64,000 nucleotides of DNA from an uncultured virus (IMG/VR IMGVR_UViG_3300028844_005666) (taxonomy: Duplodnaviria > Heunggongvirae > Uroviricota > Caudoviricetes): IMG/VR virus record IMGVR_UViG_3300028844_005666. The stretch is one strand, 5' to 3'. The notes beneath the pieces were generated by a model that did not search any database, was not told the DNA's origin, and was given only the letters and a program-made list of their open reading frames with translations. Position 1 is the first letter of the stretch, and each line of letters starts with the position of its first letter. Made by a program: the position numbers and the translations under genes. This document shows, one piece after another, positions 10,398 to 19,042 of this stretch.

Positions 10398-10948
10398 TTC
10401 TTTTTCCTTCTAGTTTTTCTTGTTATAGTAACTTCTTCGACTTTTTTCAAATCATCAATTGTATAGACATCTCCAGGTTTATATTTAGCTGTAGGAGATG
10501 ATGCAATGACTTGCCATTTAGTTTTCATTTGCATATCACTGCCCCAGAAATCGCATATCCAATCTCCGTGTCTTAGATACCAGTTAATGTCTTGAGTATA
10601 ACCATACCACCTATTCATCTCAGCGTTTCTATGAGCCCACTCTTTATTAGTAAGACCTTTTTGTTTAAGACTAGATTTTGCAGAAGAATATAATTCTTTA
10701 GCATTCTTTAACCAAGCTAATACATCTTCTAATGGTCTTGCATCTGGTAGATAAACTGAAGGATGATGAGTCAACTTCTTAGTAGGGTTCTTAGCTTGCT
10801 TAGCTGCTCTAGCTTTTGCTAGTCTTTCAACAGCTTTAGCTTTCTGTTCTTCAGACATAGGTTTACGAGATTTTCGAAACTTAGTTCTTTTAGGAGTAAG
10901 TTCATCAATAAGCTTTTGCTTACTAGTTTTAGTAACACGATTAGCCAT
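10394..10948 (-). CDS. Basic hypothetical protein
   Basis: GAGGTG RBS before MANRV; RKPMSEEQK..ERLAKARA and YLRHGDW motifs. Confidence 0.65.
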   Translation of the reverse strand: MANRVTKTSKQKLIDELTPKRTKFRKSRKPMSEEQKAKAVERLAKARAAKQAKNPTKKLTHHPSVYLPDARPLEDVLAWLKNAKELYSSAKSSLKQKGLTNKEWAHRNAEMNRWYGYTQDINWYLRHGDWICDFWGSDMQMKTKWQVIASSPTAKYKPGDVYTIDDLKKVEEVTITRKTRRKKK

Positions 10949-11004
10949 ATAGCACCTCAAAATTATTGGTATCTATATTATTATAGTTGATTTTTTGAAA
11001 AAGT

Positions 11005-11175
11005 TTATTCTTTGTCTTTGTGGAAGGAAACGAGCCACTTAATATCATTCTTAATTTCTGCGATACTTGTTGTTATATGCTTTAAATGATTAGTCTCAAT
11101 AATGTACACACGCCAGGCGACAAAACCGACGACGGACACAAGAGTAGTAACAAACATAGTTTCGTAAAAATCCAT
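11005..11175 (-). CDS. Small single-TM protein (56 aa), holin-like candidate
   Basis: Read manually: MDFYETMFVTTLVSVVGFVAWRVYIIETNHLKH...; GGAG RBS; late-type AATAAATA at 11244-11251. Confidence 0.6.
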   Translation of the reverse strand: MDFYETMFVTTLVSVVGFVAWRVYIIETNHLKHITTSIAEIKNDIKWLVSFHKDKE

Positions 11176-11249
11176 AATAGCTCCGATAAATTAATTTTTT
11201 AAATGTAATTGCTGTTTTACCTACAGGAGCTACCTGGTTGAATTATTTA

Positions 11250-12284
11250 TTATTCGTAAACTTTGTTATGAGTATTATTCACTAAAATAAAGGTACTACA
11301 CTTACTTAATTCTCTTATCTTAGCTGCTCCAACATAAGTACAAGCAGATCTTAAACCACCTAATATACTTTGTACAGTAGGTTCTAAAGGTCCTTTAAAT
11401 GGCATAGTAACAACTTTACCTTCAGCACTTTTATATTTACTTAACCCACCATCATACTTATTCTGAGCTACTTCAGATGACATACCATAAAACTGCTTTA
11501 CCATTTCACCATCTCTATTAACAAGATCACCACCAGATTCTTCGTGACCTGCTAACATACCACCTAGCATAGTAAAGTGAGCTCCAGCACCAAATGCTTT
11601 TGCTACATCGCCTGGAGATGTACAACCACCATCTGAAATAACATGTCCACCTAATCCATTAGCAGCATCACTACATTCTATAACTGCAGATAATTGAGGA
11701 AAACCTACTCCTGTTTGTATTCTAGTAGTACATACAGAACCTGGTCCTATACCAATTTTAATAATATCTGCTCCGCTTAAAATAAGCTCTTGCGTTTGAT
11801 CAGCAGTACATACATTACCAGCAACTATAATAGTATTAGGATTTTCTTCTCTAAAACTTTTTATAAAATTAATAAACCTTTCAGTATATCCATTTGCTAC
11901 ATCAATATTAACAAACTTTATAGTATCTTTTGGAAGTTTACTTTTTAGCATTTTCCATTTCTGAGTATCTAAATCTGTAATACCCATTGAGTAAGCTAAA
12001 TTCTCTCTCTTTTCAGAAGCAAAAAGATCATACAAAGTATCAATATTATAATGTTTATGAAGAAAGGTAAGTATCTTATAACGATTAAGTACTTTGTATG
12101 TCTCTACAGTACCTGTTGCATCCATATTAGAAGCAATAATAGGAATACCTTCCCATTGGCGGTTACTATTTTTAAAAGTAAATTTTCTCTCTAATCTTAC
12201 TTGTGATCTAGATTCAAGTGTACTTCTTTTAGGTTTTAAAAGTACATCATTAAAATCTAATTTAATATCTGTTTCAATTCTCAT
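11250..12284 (-). CDS. guaC: GMP reductase
   Basis: IDVANGY, GIGPGSVCTTR, FYGMSS; no CBS domain. Confidence 0.93.
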   Translation of the reverse strand: MRIETDIKLDFNDVLLKPKRSTLESRSQVRLERKFTFKNSNRQWEGIPIIASNMDATGTVETYKVLNRYKILTFLHKHYNIDTLYDLFASEKRENLAYSMGITDLDTQKWKMLKSKLPKDTIKFVNIDVANGYTERFINFIKSFREENPNTIIVAGNVCTADQTQELILSGADIIKIGIGPGSVCTTRIQTGVGFPQLSAVIECSDAANGLGGHVISDGGCTSPGDVAKAFGAGAHFTMLGGMLAGHEESGGDLVNRDGEMVKQFYGMSSEVAQNKYDGGLSKYKSAEGKVVTMPFKGPLEPTVQSILGGLRSACTYVGAAKIRELSKCSTFILVNNTHNKVYE

Positions 12285-12788
12285 TTAATCCTCGGGTATG
12301 TTAAATTGGTTCTCCCAAGGGAAAACTATCCAAGCATCAGGGTCACCATCTGTTGCTTTTTCTGTTAATTCTTCTCCTACAAACAACGCTGAATAAGGAG
12401 CACTTACTCTTTCTAATACCATAGCAAATTCATATTTAAAAGTTAAGTTATCTCTATTGCTTAACATTCTATCATCAATATATGCTAATGTACCACTACT
12501 ATCATTTATATCGTCAATAAACAATACTTTTTTATCTTCAGAGAAATGAGTTGCAATATCAAAAAAATGTTGGAATCCCATAGCGTTTGACACCACATTA
12601 TCTCTTAATCTTATATCTAAAGGTAAAAAAGGTTTATCCATTATATGAGATAATTGAATACCTGGAATAGCTCCACCTCTTACAACACCAACTATATAAT
12701 CAGGAACCCATTCTTTACGATAAAGATCTAATGCAATTCCATGCACTAGATGATCTATTTTTTGCCAAGTATAATAAACTTTATTCAT
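12285..12788 (-). CDS. Purine phosphoribosyltransferase (Gpt-like)
   Basis: VRGG, VLFIDDINDSSGT PRPP loop, WIVFPWE. Confidence 0.85.
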   Translation of the reverse strand: MNKVYYTWQKIDHLVHGIALDLYRKEWVPDYIVGVVRGGAIPGIQLSHIMDKPFLPLDIRLRDNVVSNAMGFQHFFDIATHFSEDKKVLFIDDINDSSGTLAYIDDRMLSNRDNLTFKYEFAMVLERVSAPYSALFVGEELTEKATDGDPDAWIVFPWENQFNIPED

Positions 12789-13122
12789 GTTCTCCGCCTA
12801 CATCCTTAGGATCTAGTTCAACTCTTTTTCCGTTTACATAAATTGCTCTAGAACGACTAGGTGTATGATATGTAAAATTTAATTTTCTTGCTGATGTAAA
12901 TGTAGCTACAGTTACTACAATAGCTGATATAAGAAAAATATGAGCAATAGTAGTTATACCAAAAACCCACATACTACCAAAGTAACTCGAAAAAGCTATA
13001 CACCACATCCATGCAAGTATCTGCATTACCATATGTCTAACTTGCAAATCAGGAATATTTTTTAAAGGGTTATAGTTAAAATTCATAACAGCATTCCAAC
13101 TATCATATATGAATTGTCTCAT
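12781..13122 (-). CDS. Hypothetical membrane protein
   Basis: Two hydrophobic segments. Confidence 0.6.
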   Translation of the reverse strand: MRQFIYDSWNAVMNFNYNPLKNIPDLQVRHMVMQILAWMWCIAFSSYFGSMWVFGITTIAHIFLISAIVVTVATFTSARKLNFTYHTPSRSRAIYVNGKRVELDPKDVGGEHE

Positions 13123-13322
13123 TTTAGATCCTTTTGTAGTTTTTCTAATAACTCCTTATGTTCTCTTACAACACGTAAACAGTTAGGCATATCCGTTCTA
13201 TAATTAATCCAAATTTTTCTTAATACTTTAGCATCACCTGAATCATTCAAACAATCTGCTGAACTCAGATTGTCTGAAATTACTTTTTCTAATTCAGTTA
13301 ATTTTTCAATATTATAAAACAT
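13119..13322 (-). CDS. Hypothetical protein
   Basis: Operon-coupled ORF. Confidence 0.55.
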   Translation of the reverse strand: MFYNIEKLTELEKVISDNLSSADCLNDSGDAKVLRKIWINYRTDMPNCLRVVREHKELLEKLQKDLK

Positions 13323-13829
13323 TTATTTTTTAAACTTTAGCCTATGTTCAATACCATTTATCACAAATGTTATAGTAGAGTGAGAATAAATTGTTTCCAT
13401 CGACTCATTATACCTTGTAGTTTTATTACAAATAAGTTTAGTTCCACCTGAAGCATCACTATTTTGATTAGCAATAATACCACCTATAATAGCTCCTGCA
13501 GTACCTCCATCAGGAAGATTTTTAGTAACATTATTACCTATAGCACCTCCAATAAGAGCTCCTAATAAAGTATCAGCTGTCTTATCTCCTGATACTTCTC
13601 TTTCAGAACAAACTTCTACTGTATAAGGTGTTCTTCGAATAATTTTTTTATATTCATCTGAAACCGTTCCTCTTACAGTTTGGTTTAATTTAGTTTCAAC
13701 TGAAGTTTGAGCTGAAACAGGAAAAATAATGGAGCAGCATAAAGCTACTCCAAGGGGAATTAATTTAAGCATTAGCCATCTCCATTGCTGTTTTAACTGC
13801 ATTAATCTTTTTAGATCTATTAGCACCAT
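13323..13829 (-). CDS. Glycine-zipper exported protein (true start probably at MLKLI)
   Basis: Signal peptide; GALIGGAIG..GAIIGGII. Confidence 0.7.
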   Translation of the reverse strand: MVLIDLKRLMQLKQQWRWLMLKLIPLGVALCCSIIFPVSAQTSVETKLNQTVRGTVSDEYKKIIRRTPYTVEVCSEREVSGDKTADTLLGALIGGAIGNNVTKNLPDGGTAGAIIGGIIANQNSDASGGTKLICNKTTRYNESMETIYSHSTITFVINGIEHRLKFKK

Positions 13830-14733
13830 ACCACATGCTATTCAATCTAGTCTGAGTAGAAGTACCAATCTTATGATCAGTTACATAAGTAACAGCGTTA
13901 AGAGCCTGCCACCAAGATCCTTTAGCGAAATTAGCTCCAGGCTGAGTTTCGAAAGAATCATAAGCTAACTGAGCAGTTCTAGTTAGTAACTTCTCTTTAG
14001 TATCTTTATCTTCTTTCTTAGATTCACCGAATACTTTACTTAAGAATTCTTTGAACTTAGCATCTGAAATCTGCTTAGAACCTAAATTCACAGCAATATC
14101 TTTATACTCATCCATTTTCTCTTGAGCAAGACCTAAAACCTTCTTAACCATTTCTGGATCGAACTCTTTTCTATGAGAGATTCTAGCAAAGTTCTGAGAC
14201 TCAGTACCTAAAGATAAAGTTAAAGTATTATTACATACAACTCTAATAGGAGTAAATCTAACATCTACAGACTGACCAAACTGATGAGGGTTAGAGAATA
14301 AAAGAAAACCTTCTACTTTATCTCCATTGAATAATTCAAAGTCAGAAGAGATCTTTCCTAAAGCCCATACTTTCTTTCCGTTAAACAACGAACCTGCAGT
14401 ATGCATCTTAATAGAACCTTCTTTACAAAAGCTCTCAAAAAACTGAAAAGCTTCCTTATTCTGAACTGGATACCATTCCTTACCAACGATATCTAAAGGT
14501 TGATCATCTGATTGTCTAATTAAGACATCTTTATTAGGAACACTTAACATTGATCCATCACTAGATTTATACTTAAGAGGAACTTTTTTAACTTCCCAGT
14601 CTAGACCAGCAGCTTCCATCATTTCCATAGGCATAACACCTTCTTTGAGTTCTACACCTAAACCATGCCAAGGCTTTTCACCTACATATGCCATTTGAGC
14701 TTTATTATCTACTATTTCTAATTCATGAGCCAT
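13765..14733 (-). CDS. DUF932-family phage protein
   Basis: PWHGLG, TAGSL, TPIRVVCNNT. Confidence 0.88.
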   Translation of the reverse strand: MAHELEIVDNKAQMAYVGEKPWHGLGVELKEGVMPMEMMEAAGLDWEVKKVPLKYKSSDGSMLSVPNKDVLIRQSDDQPLDIVGKEWYPVQNKEAFQFFESFCKEGSIKMHTAGSLFNGKKVWALGKISSDFELFNGDKVEGFLLFSNPHQFGQSVDVRFTPIRVVCNNTLTLSLGTESQNFARISHRKEFDPEMVKKVLGLAQEKMDEYKDIAVNLGSKQISDAKFKEFLSKVFGESKKEDKDTKEKLLTRTAQLAYDSFETQPGANFAKGSWWQALNAVTYVTDHKIGTSTQTRLNSMWYGANRSKKINAVKTAMEMANA

Positions 14734-14833
14734 ATTCAAATCTCCTACAATTTATTTCTCAATTTCTTATACTATTATTATACTAACTTTTTTAAAAAAG
14801 TTTTTCTAAGACTAAGTTTTTTTTAAAAAAGTT

Positions 14834-14910
14834 TGGCCTGCCCTGAGAGATTCGAACTCCCGGCCTGCTGCTTAGAAGGCAGCTGCTCTATCCAGCTGAG
14901 CTAAGGGCAG
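14834..14910 (-). tRNA. tRNA-Arg (anticodon UCU)
   Basis: Acceptor CTGCCCT/AGGGCAG, anticodon arm GCTGC-CTTCTAA-GCAGC, GTTCGAAT T-loop, encoded CCA. Confidence 0.96.
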
Positions 14911-15117
14911 TTAGAAAGGAATATAATCTAGATCATATCCATAAGACCAATGACCGTTATCTAGATCAAAAATACACCTATCAGCTAAATCAAAAGGAAT
15001 CTCTTTTATATCAATACCGTACTTTTCGCCTTGTTTTTCGCAAAGTTCTATCTTCTTAATCTTACTATGACCAAACTTTGAATAAACTGGGCTTCCTACT
15101 TTTAACGTATTATTCAT
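14911..15117 (-). CDS. Hypothetical early protein
   Basis: AAGGAG RBS; stop abuts tRNA. Confidence 0.7.
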   Translation of the reverse strand: MNNTLKVGSPVYSKFGHSKIKKIELCEKQGEKYGIDIKEIPFDLADRCIFDLDNGHWSYGYDLDYIPF

Positions 15118-15140
15118 AAAAATCTCTCCTTAATTAAATT

Positions 15141-15300
15141 TATGAGGGGCTCTCTTACAATCACTTCTACCTAGGTATACCCCTCAGCGGTAGAAGCGGG
15201 CAGTTTTTAGATGAGGTTACGGTTCCTTGAGTCCTACCAGACTTGTAAACCTCTGAGACTGTCGAGCCTATCGCTCTCCCTTATTCAGCCTCTCAACCTT
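15141..15300 (-). ncRNA. Candidate structured non-coding RNA (three stem-loops plus pseudoknot)
   Basis: GC-enriched intergenic region behind a promoter; several complementary arms (see findings). Confidence 0.6.
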
Positions 15301-15339
15301 TACTATCGCTATGTCATTTTATATTTCCTTTTCTTCATT

Positions 15340-15385
15340 TTATACTTTATTATAACCTCTTTTTAATCAAAAGGCAACTACTTTT
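15340..15385 (-). promoter_or_regulatory. Early sigma70-type promoter, copy 1
   Basis: TTGCCT-N17-TATAAT-AAAGTATAA. Confidence 0.8.
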
Positions 15386-15649
15386 TTAACTAATTCCTAA
15401 CTCTTTAGCAACTAATTTTCTACCTTGATCAAAACCAACATGACCTCTAGCTTCTAATGAATCATTCATTGCTTCACTCTCAGTATAAAATCTATCCTGA
15501 TGAGCTATATTGATCTTAGTCGCTAGAGCAGCACCTACTGAAGGATACTTATTAATAAGTTGAGTAGCAAGTTCATCTTGCTCTTCTGAACTCATTGCTT
15601 CTAATAATTCTACTAAATCTGTAATCTGCATATCTTTCCCTCTCTTCAT
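15386..15649 (-). CDS. Hypothetical early protein
   Basis: ORF between promoter repeats; start probably at MQITD. Confidence 0.6.
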   Translation of the reverse strand: MKRGKDMQITDLVELLEAMSSEEQDELATQLINKYPSVGAALATKINIAHQDRFYTESEAMNDSLEARGHVGFDQGRKLVAKELGIS

Positions 15650-15650
15650 T

Positions 15651-15698
15651 TTATACTTTATTATAGCCTACTTTTAACCATAAATCAACTGTTTTTTT
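15651..15698 (-). promoter_or_regulatory. Early sigma70-type promoter, copy 2
   Basis: TTGATT-N17-TATAAT-AAAGTATAA. Confidence 0.8.
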
Positions 15699-16080
15699 CA
15701 TTATTTTTAAAAAAAGTAAAGATTTTTTGTATTTCATCATAATCCCATTTACGCATTTCAGTAATACCAGAGATCTTATTAGGTTCCCACCAATTATGAA
15801 AAAACTCTTCATTCTTATCTTTACAGATACCCATCATAACTGTTTTCTCTAAATGCTCAGCTTCTAATCTTGTATACTTTTGTTTAGTACTATACATAAC
15901 TTTAATATCAGAGAAATGCTCAGAGATAGGATTAGGTTCATCAATACCTCTATAGTTAAGTCTAGTCATAGCATCTTTAGAACTTGTAATTCCAACCTTA
16001 TATACTACTCTAGGTTCAGAATCAGTTCTTTTTAATTTTGCTAGATAGACCTTGTATCTTTTTTCTGTTTTAAAATCCAT
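15685..16080 (-). CDS. GIY-YIG/T5orf172-like protein
   Basis: VYL..YKVGITS..R..E pattern. Confidence 0.5.
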   Translation of the reverse strand: MDFKTEKRYKVYLAKLKRTDSEPRVVYKVGITSSKDAMTRLNYRGIDEPNPISEHFSDIKVMYSTKQKYTRLEAEHLEKTVMMGICKDKNEEFFHNWWEPNKISGITEMRKWDYDEIQKIFTFFKNNEKNS

Positions 16081-16322
16081 AATATTAACTCCTTAACTCC
16101 TTTAACAGTTTGACCATAAACTGTTCCGTATTCATGATACGAACCGCACCATCTATTTTCTTTTACACTTTTAAATACTTTAACTGAAGGTTCATCTTGT
16201 AAGAAATATTCTATACCTCCAGTTTCTTCGTTACGTGCTCGTATCCACATCTTCAAACTTACTTTCAACTTCTTTAATATGCTTACACTTAGCATAAGCA
16301 ATACAATCACAAGAAAAACCAT
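16041..16322 (-). CDS. Hypothetical protein (start probably at MWIRA)
   Basis: Overlapping operon ORF. Confidence 0.5.
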   Translation of the reverse strand: MVFLVIVLLMLSVSILKKLKVSLKMWIRARNEETGGIEYFLQDEPSVKVFKSVKENRWCGSYHEYGTVYGQTVKGVKELILWILKQKKDTRSI

Positions 16323-16473
16323 GATTAGTCATTTCAACACTATAAGTATTACCTTTAGATCCTTTGATAGGCCAAATTATACCTACCCAAGGATGATTCT
16401 TAGTATTGATATCTTCAGCTTTATGACTAAACATAAGGTCTGAATCCTTCTGACTGTATTTCTGACCAAGCAA
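16231..16473 (-). CDS. SWIM zinc-finger-like small protein
   Basis: GSKGNTY..SCDC....CKH. Confidence 0.7.
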   Translation of the reverse strand: MLGQKYSQKDSDLMFSHKAEDINTKNHPWVGIIWPIKGSKGNTYSVEMTNHGFSCDCIAYAKCKHIKEVESKFEDVDTST

Positions 16474-16645
16474 AGTCGACCATCTCTCCTACGACATCTG
16501 CTTCGATCCAGTTATACTCTTTACTGCTAAGCTCTTCAGCTTTTTTTACAGCTTCTTCGATACAATCTGCATCCTTAACTATTTTAATAATAGCATCTTC
16601 GAATTTCTCTTCTAAATCCATGATATATCTTTTAGTATTTGACAT
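16427..16645 (-). CDS. Hypothetical early protein
   Basis: ORF behind promoter copy 3 with RBS. Confidence 0.65.
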   Translation of the reverse strand: MSNTKRYIMDLEEKFEDAIIKIVKDADCIEEAVKKAEELSSKEYNWIEADVVGEMVDFAWSEIQSEGFRPYV

Positions 16646-16668
16646 TTTATTTCCCTTCTTTTCTAATT

Positions 16669-16716
16669 TTATACTTTATTATAACTACTTTTCCTACAAA
16701 GTGCAACTGTTTTTTT
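16669..16716 (-). promoter_or_regulatory. Early sigma70-type promoter, copy 3
   Basis: TTGCAC-N17-TATAAT-AAAGTATAA. Confidence 0.8.
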
Positions 16717-16918
16717 CCATTTTTCCAAACTTTATTAAAGAAGCTTCTAACTCTTTAACCATAACATATCTTTTAATAAGCTGCTTTTTTACTTCTTCTT
16801 TTAATTCTCTATTAATCTGATAAGGTAAAGTATCAACTAAAATTCTAATAATTTCTGGCTTATTAGAACTGCTTAAAATATTTGCTTTTAATCTTGCTAC
16901 TGAAATTGGTCTAGTCAT
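16694..16918 (-). CDS. Hypothetical early protein
   Basis: ORF behind promoter copy 4 with AAGGA RBS. Confidence 0.65.
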   Translation of the reverse strand: MTRPISVARLKANILSSSNKPEIIRILVDTLPYQINRELKEEVKKQLIKRYVMVKELEASLIKFGKMEKNSCTL

Positions 16919-16936
16919 TTTATTTCCTTTTCTTTA

Positions 16937-16980
16937 TTATACTTTATTATCGTATACTTCTCGTCAAAAGGCAACTAAAA
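16937..16980 (-). promoter_or_regulatory. Early sigma70-type promoter, copy 4
   Basis: TTGCCT-N17-GATAAT-AAAGTATAA. Confidence 0.75.
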
Positions 16981-17004
16981 AAGGGCTCAAAAGCCCTTTT
17001 TTTT
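16977..17004. terminator. Intrinsic terminator, bidirectional form
   Basis: A-run, GGGCT-CAAA-AGCCC, T-run. Confidence 0.8.
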
Positions 17005-17133
17005 CTCTAATATTTCTATTTGTTCTTTAAGTTTAGCATTCTCTTCAGATAATTCTTTTATTCTAATTAGAAGCTTATGGTTATATTCTGTTTCATCAGC
17101 TATTGTTTTTTTCAGCATGTCTAACTCGTTCAT
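16987..17133 (-). CDS. Small coiled-coil protein (48 aa, MNELDMLKK...)
   Basis: Read manually; GAGG RBS inside the clpP end; stop in the terminator hairpin. Confidence 0.55.
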   Translation of the reverse strand: MNELDMLKKTIADETEYNHKLLIRIKELSEENAKLKEQIEILEKKKGF

Positions 17134-17698
17134 GTACTACCTCATCAGCTAAATTATATTCTACAGCTTCTGCTGCTGTCATAAAGTTATCTCTATCCAT
17201 ATCTTTTTCAAGTTTTACAAAACTATGACCTGTATGTCTAACATAAATTTCAGTTAAAACTTTTTTCCATCGCTGCAGTTCTTTGAAAGCTATTTCTACT
17301 TCAGTAGCCTGTCCTGAAGCACCACCTAGAGGCTGATGAATCATATGTCTGCTATTTGTAGTTACTAATCTTTTAGCTCCTGCACAAGCAAGTAAAGAGC
17401 CCATCGAAGCTGCTTGACCAGTAACAATGGTAGTTATTGGAGACTGAATATACATCATAATATCATAGATAGCCATTCCAGCTACTACACTACCTCCAGG
17501 TGAATTTATATACATATTAATAGGTGCTTTAGGGTTTTGACTCTCTAACCATAACAAAGTAGCTACTATATGATTACTCATATTTTCTTCTACTACACCA
17601 TTTAAAAATAAAATTCTATCTTTAGCTAATCGAGTATAAACATCGTAAGCTTTTTCTCTTCCATCTTTTTCTGTTTCAATTACTGCTGGAAACGGCAT
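17096..17698 (-). CDS. clpP: Clp protease proteolytic subunit
   Basis: YINSPGGSV, AASMG, MIHQPLGG, DRD. Confidence 0.95.
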   Translation of the reverse strand: MPFPAVIETEKDGREKAYDVYTRLAKDRILFLNGVVEENMSNHIVATLLWLESQNPKAPINMYINSPGGSVVAGMAIYDIMMYIQSPITTIVTGQAASMGSLLACAGAKRLVTTNSRHMIHQPLGGASGQATEVEIAFKELQRWKKVLTEIYVRHTGHSFVKLEKDMDRDNFMTAAEAVEYNLADEVVHERVRHAEKNNS

Positions 17699-18422
17699 TT
17701 AAATACTCCTTCGCTCTATCATCAAATACATTTGATCTATTTTTTATACTTCCTTTAAGATGTACTATGTAACCATCTTTATATCTTTTATCCATTTGAT
17801 TCCAATACTGATGCATCGGAACTATGTTAACACCTGACTCAACTGCAGCTATGTTAATAGCTGATTGATCATCTGACCAGAGACCTCTAGCTGTTAACCA
17901 TTCTTCTATTTGTTCATGTGATAAAAAAGGTTTCATCTTAAGTATAGTGTTTCTATCTAATAGTAATACTCCAGAATTAAAATAATTTTGTCTATATTTT
18001 TCTATTAAATGGCTTTTATTAATTCTTGATAAGTGATCAGGTTCTTTACCTTCATCAAATATTTTACCTAATCTACTTACAGCATGAAAACCTTCATCTG
18101 GGTAATAATCAATAATATTAGGACTGTCTGGGTAATAATATACATCTGTATCTAAATACAATATTCTATCATATTCAAGGTACTTATCATCTCTAAAAAT
18201 TTTAAATATTTCAAAGCAAGGAGATCTATGTTTAGTTTCTCTCTTACCTTCTAAAGTATAATCCCAACCAAATCTCTGTGCGGCTGCTCCACTAAAAATA
18301 ACTGACTTAGATTTAACATCGTCATTTCTTTCTTTTAATACGGATGCTGTAGCTGTAGTTCTATCTTCAATATCTGTATACTGATCTTGGAATATATCAA
18401 TTTGAATTAAAAGAGTTTTCAA
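17676..18422 (-). CDS. GT8-like glycosyltransferase
   Basis: YLDTD, YFNSGVLLL, DQSAIN, IVH. Confidence 0.82.
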   Translation of the reverse strand: MKTLLIQIDIFQDQYTDIEDRTTATASVLKERNDDVKSKSVIFSGAAAQRFGWDYTLEGKRETKHRSPCFEIFKIFRDDKYLEYDRILYLDTDVYYYPDSPNIIDYYPDEGFHAVSRLGKIFDEGKEPDHLSRINKSHLIEKYRQNYFNSGVLLLDRNTILKMKPFLSHEQIEEWLTARGLWSDDQSAINIAAVESGVNIVPMHQYWNQMDKRYKDGYIVHLKGSIKNRSNVFDDRAKEYLNAVSSSN

Positions 18423-18679
18423 ATATCTTGACCTTTATTTTTAAGACTATTGTATATTTCTAAAGCACCTTCTTCACTTACACATCTCATACTATAATGT
18501 TTCTCATGACTATCTAACTGAGGGTACCTTTGTATTAACGTATCTCTGAGATTCCATTGTTGCTTTACCATAAACTCATGACATGTTTTATATGATTTAA
18601 AAATATAATCACTGTTAACCACAACATGAGGTTCAACGTTAGGTTGAAGATATAATAATGCTATAATGTACCACTTCAT
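18419..18679 (-). CDS. Hypothetical protein
   Basis: Operon-coupled ORF, hydrophobic N-terminus. Confidence 0.6.
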   Translation of the reverse strand: MKWYIIALLYLQPNVEPHVVVNSDYIFKSYKTCHEFMVKQQWNLRDTLIQRYPQLDSHEKHYSMRCVSEEGALEIYNSLKNKGQDI

Positions 18680-18924
18680 TTTACTATGCTGTTATTAGTC
18701 ATTTTTTTATAAATTGAATGTAGTATATAAAACCAAACACCGTTAATTGCAGGCTCTACTAATGCAACAAGGCCAGCTTCCCATATACTTGCTCCTGTCA
18801 TTGTACTAACAACAGTCATAGCTATTACAATATGACCTAGTGTGTAGACAATAGCTAGAGATATACTACTTCCGCCTATTAATCTTTTTATTACTTCAAA
18901 AATTCCTGATGTAAATTCTGTCAT
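18676..18924 (-). CDS. DUF2061-like membrane protein
   Basis: YTLGH..ALVEP..WFYILH. Confidence 0.7.
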   Translation of the reverse strand: MTEFTSGIFEVIKRLIGGSSISLAIVYTLGHIVIAMTVVSTMTGASIWEAGLVALVEPAINGVWFYILHSIYKKMTNNSIVK

Positions 18925-18949
18925 TTTATTATCCTTAATATTGTTATAG

Positions 18950-19042
18950 TCAATGATAGATATATGGATTTTGTTTCTTATCGTTTTTCTTCTTAAAGAG
19001 TCCTTTAAACCACATTCTAAATCTAAGCCAATGTATAAACAT
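18950..19042 (-). CDS. Possible 30 aa peptide (MFIHWLRFRMWFKGLF...PYIYH)
   Basis: Read manually; fills an intergenic gap. Confidence 0.4.
   Translation of the reverse strand: MFIHWLRFRMWFKGLFKKKNDKKQNPYIYH

Noticed and set aside
14780..14833. Theta/HDV-like ribozyme after the tRNA
   Set aside because: The trailer is almost pure A/T with no nested pseudoknot potential
15685..16080. Mobile homing endonuclease
   Set aside because: Only a short GIY-YIG-like domain with no DNA-binding extension or intron context
15320..16980. Intergenic repeats as CRISPR or att sites
   Set aside because: Explained by -35/-10 promoter geometry; separated by whole genes
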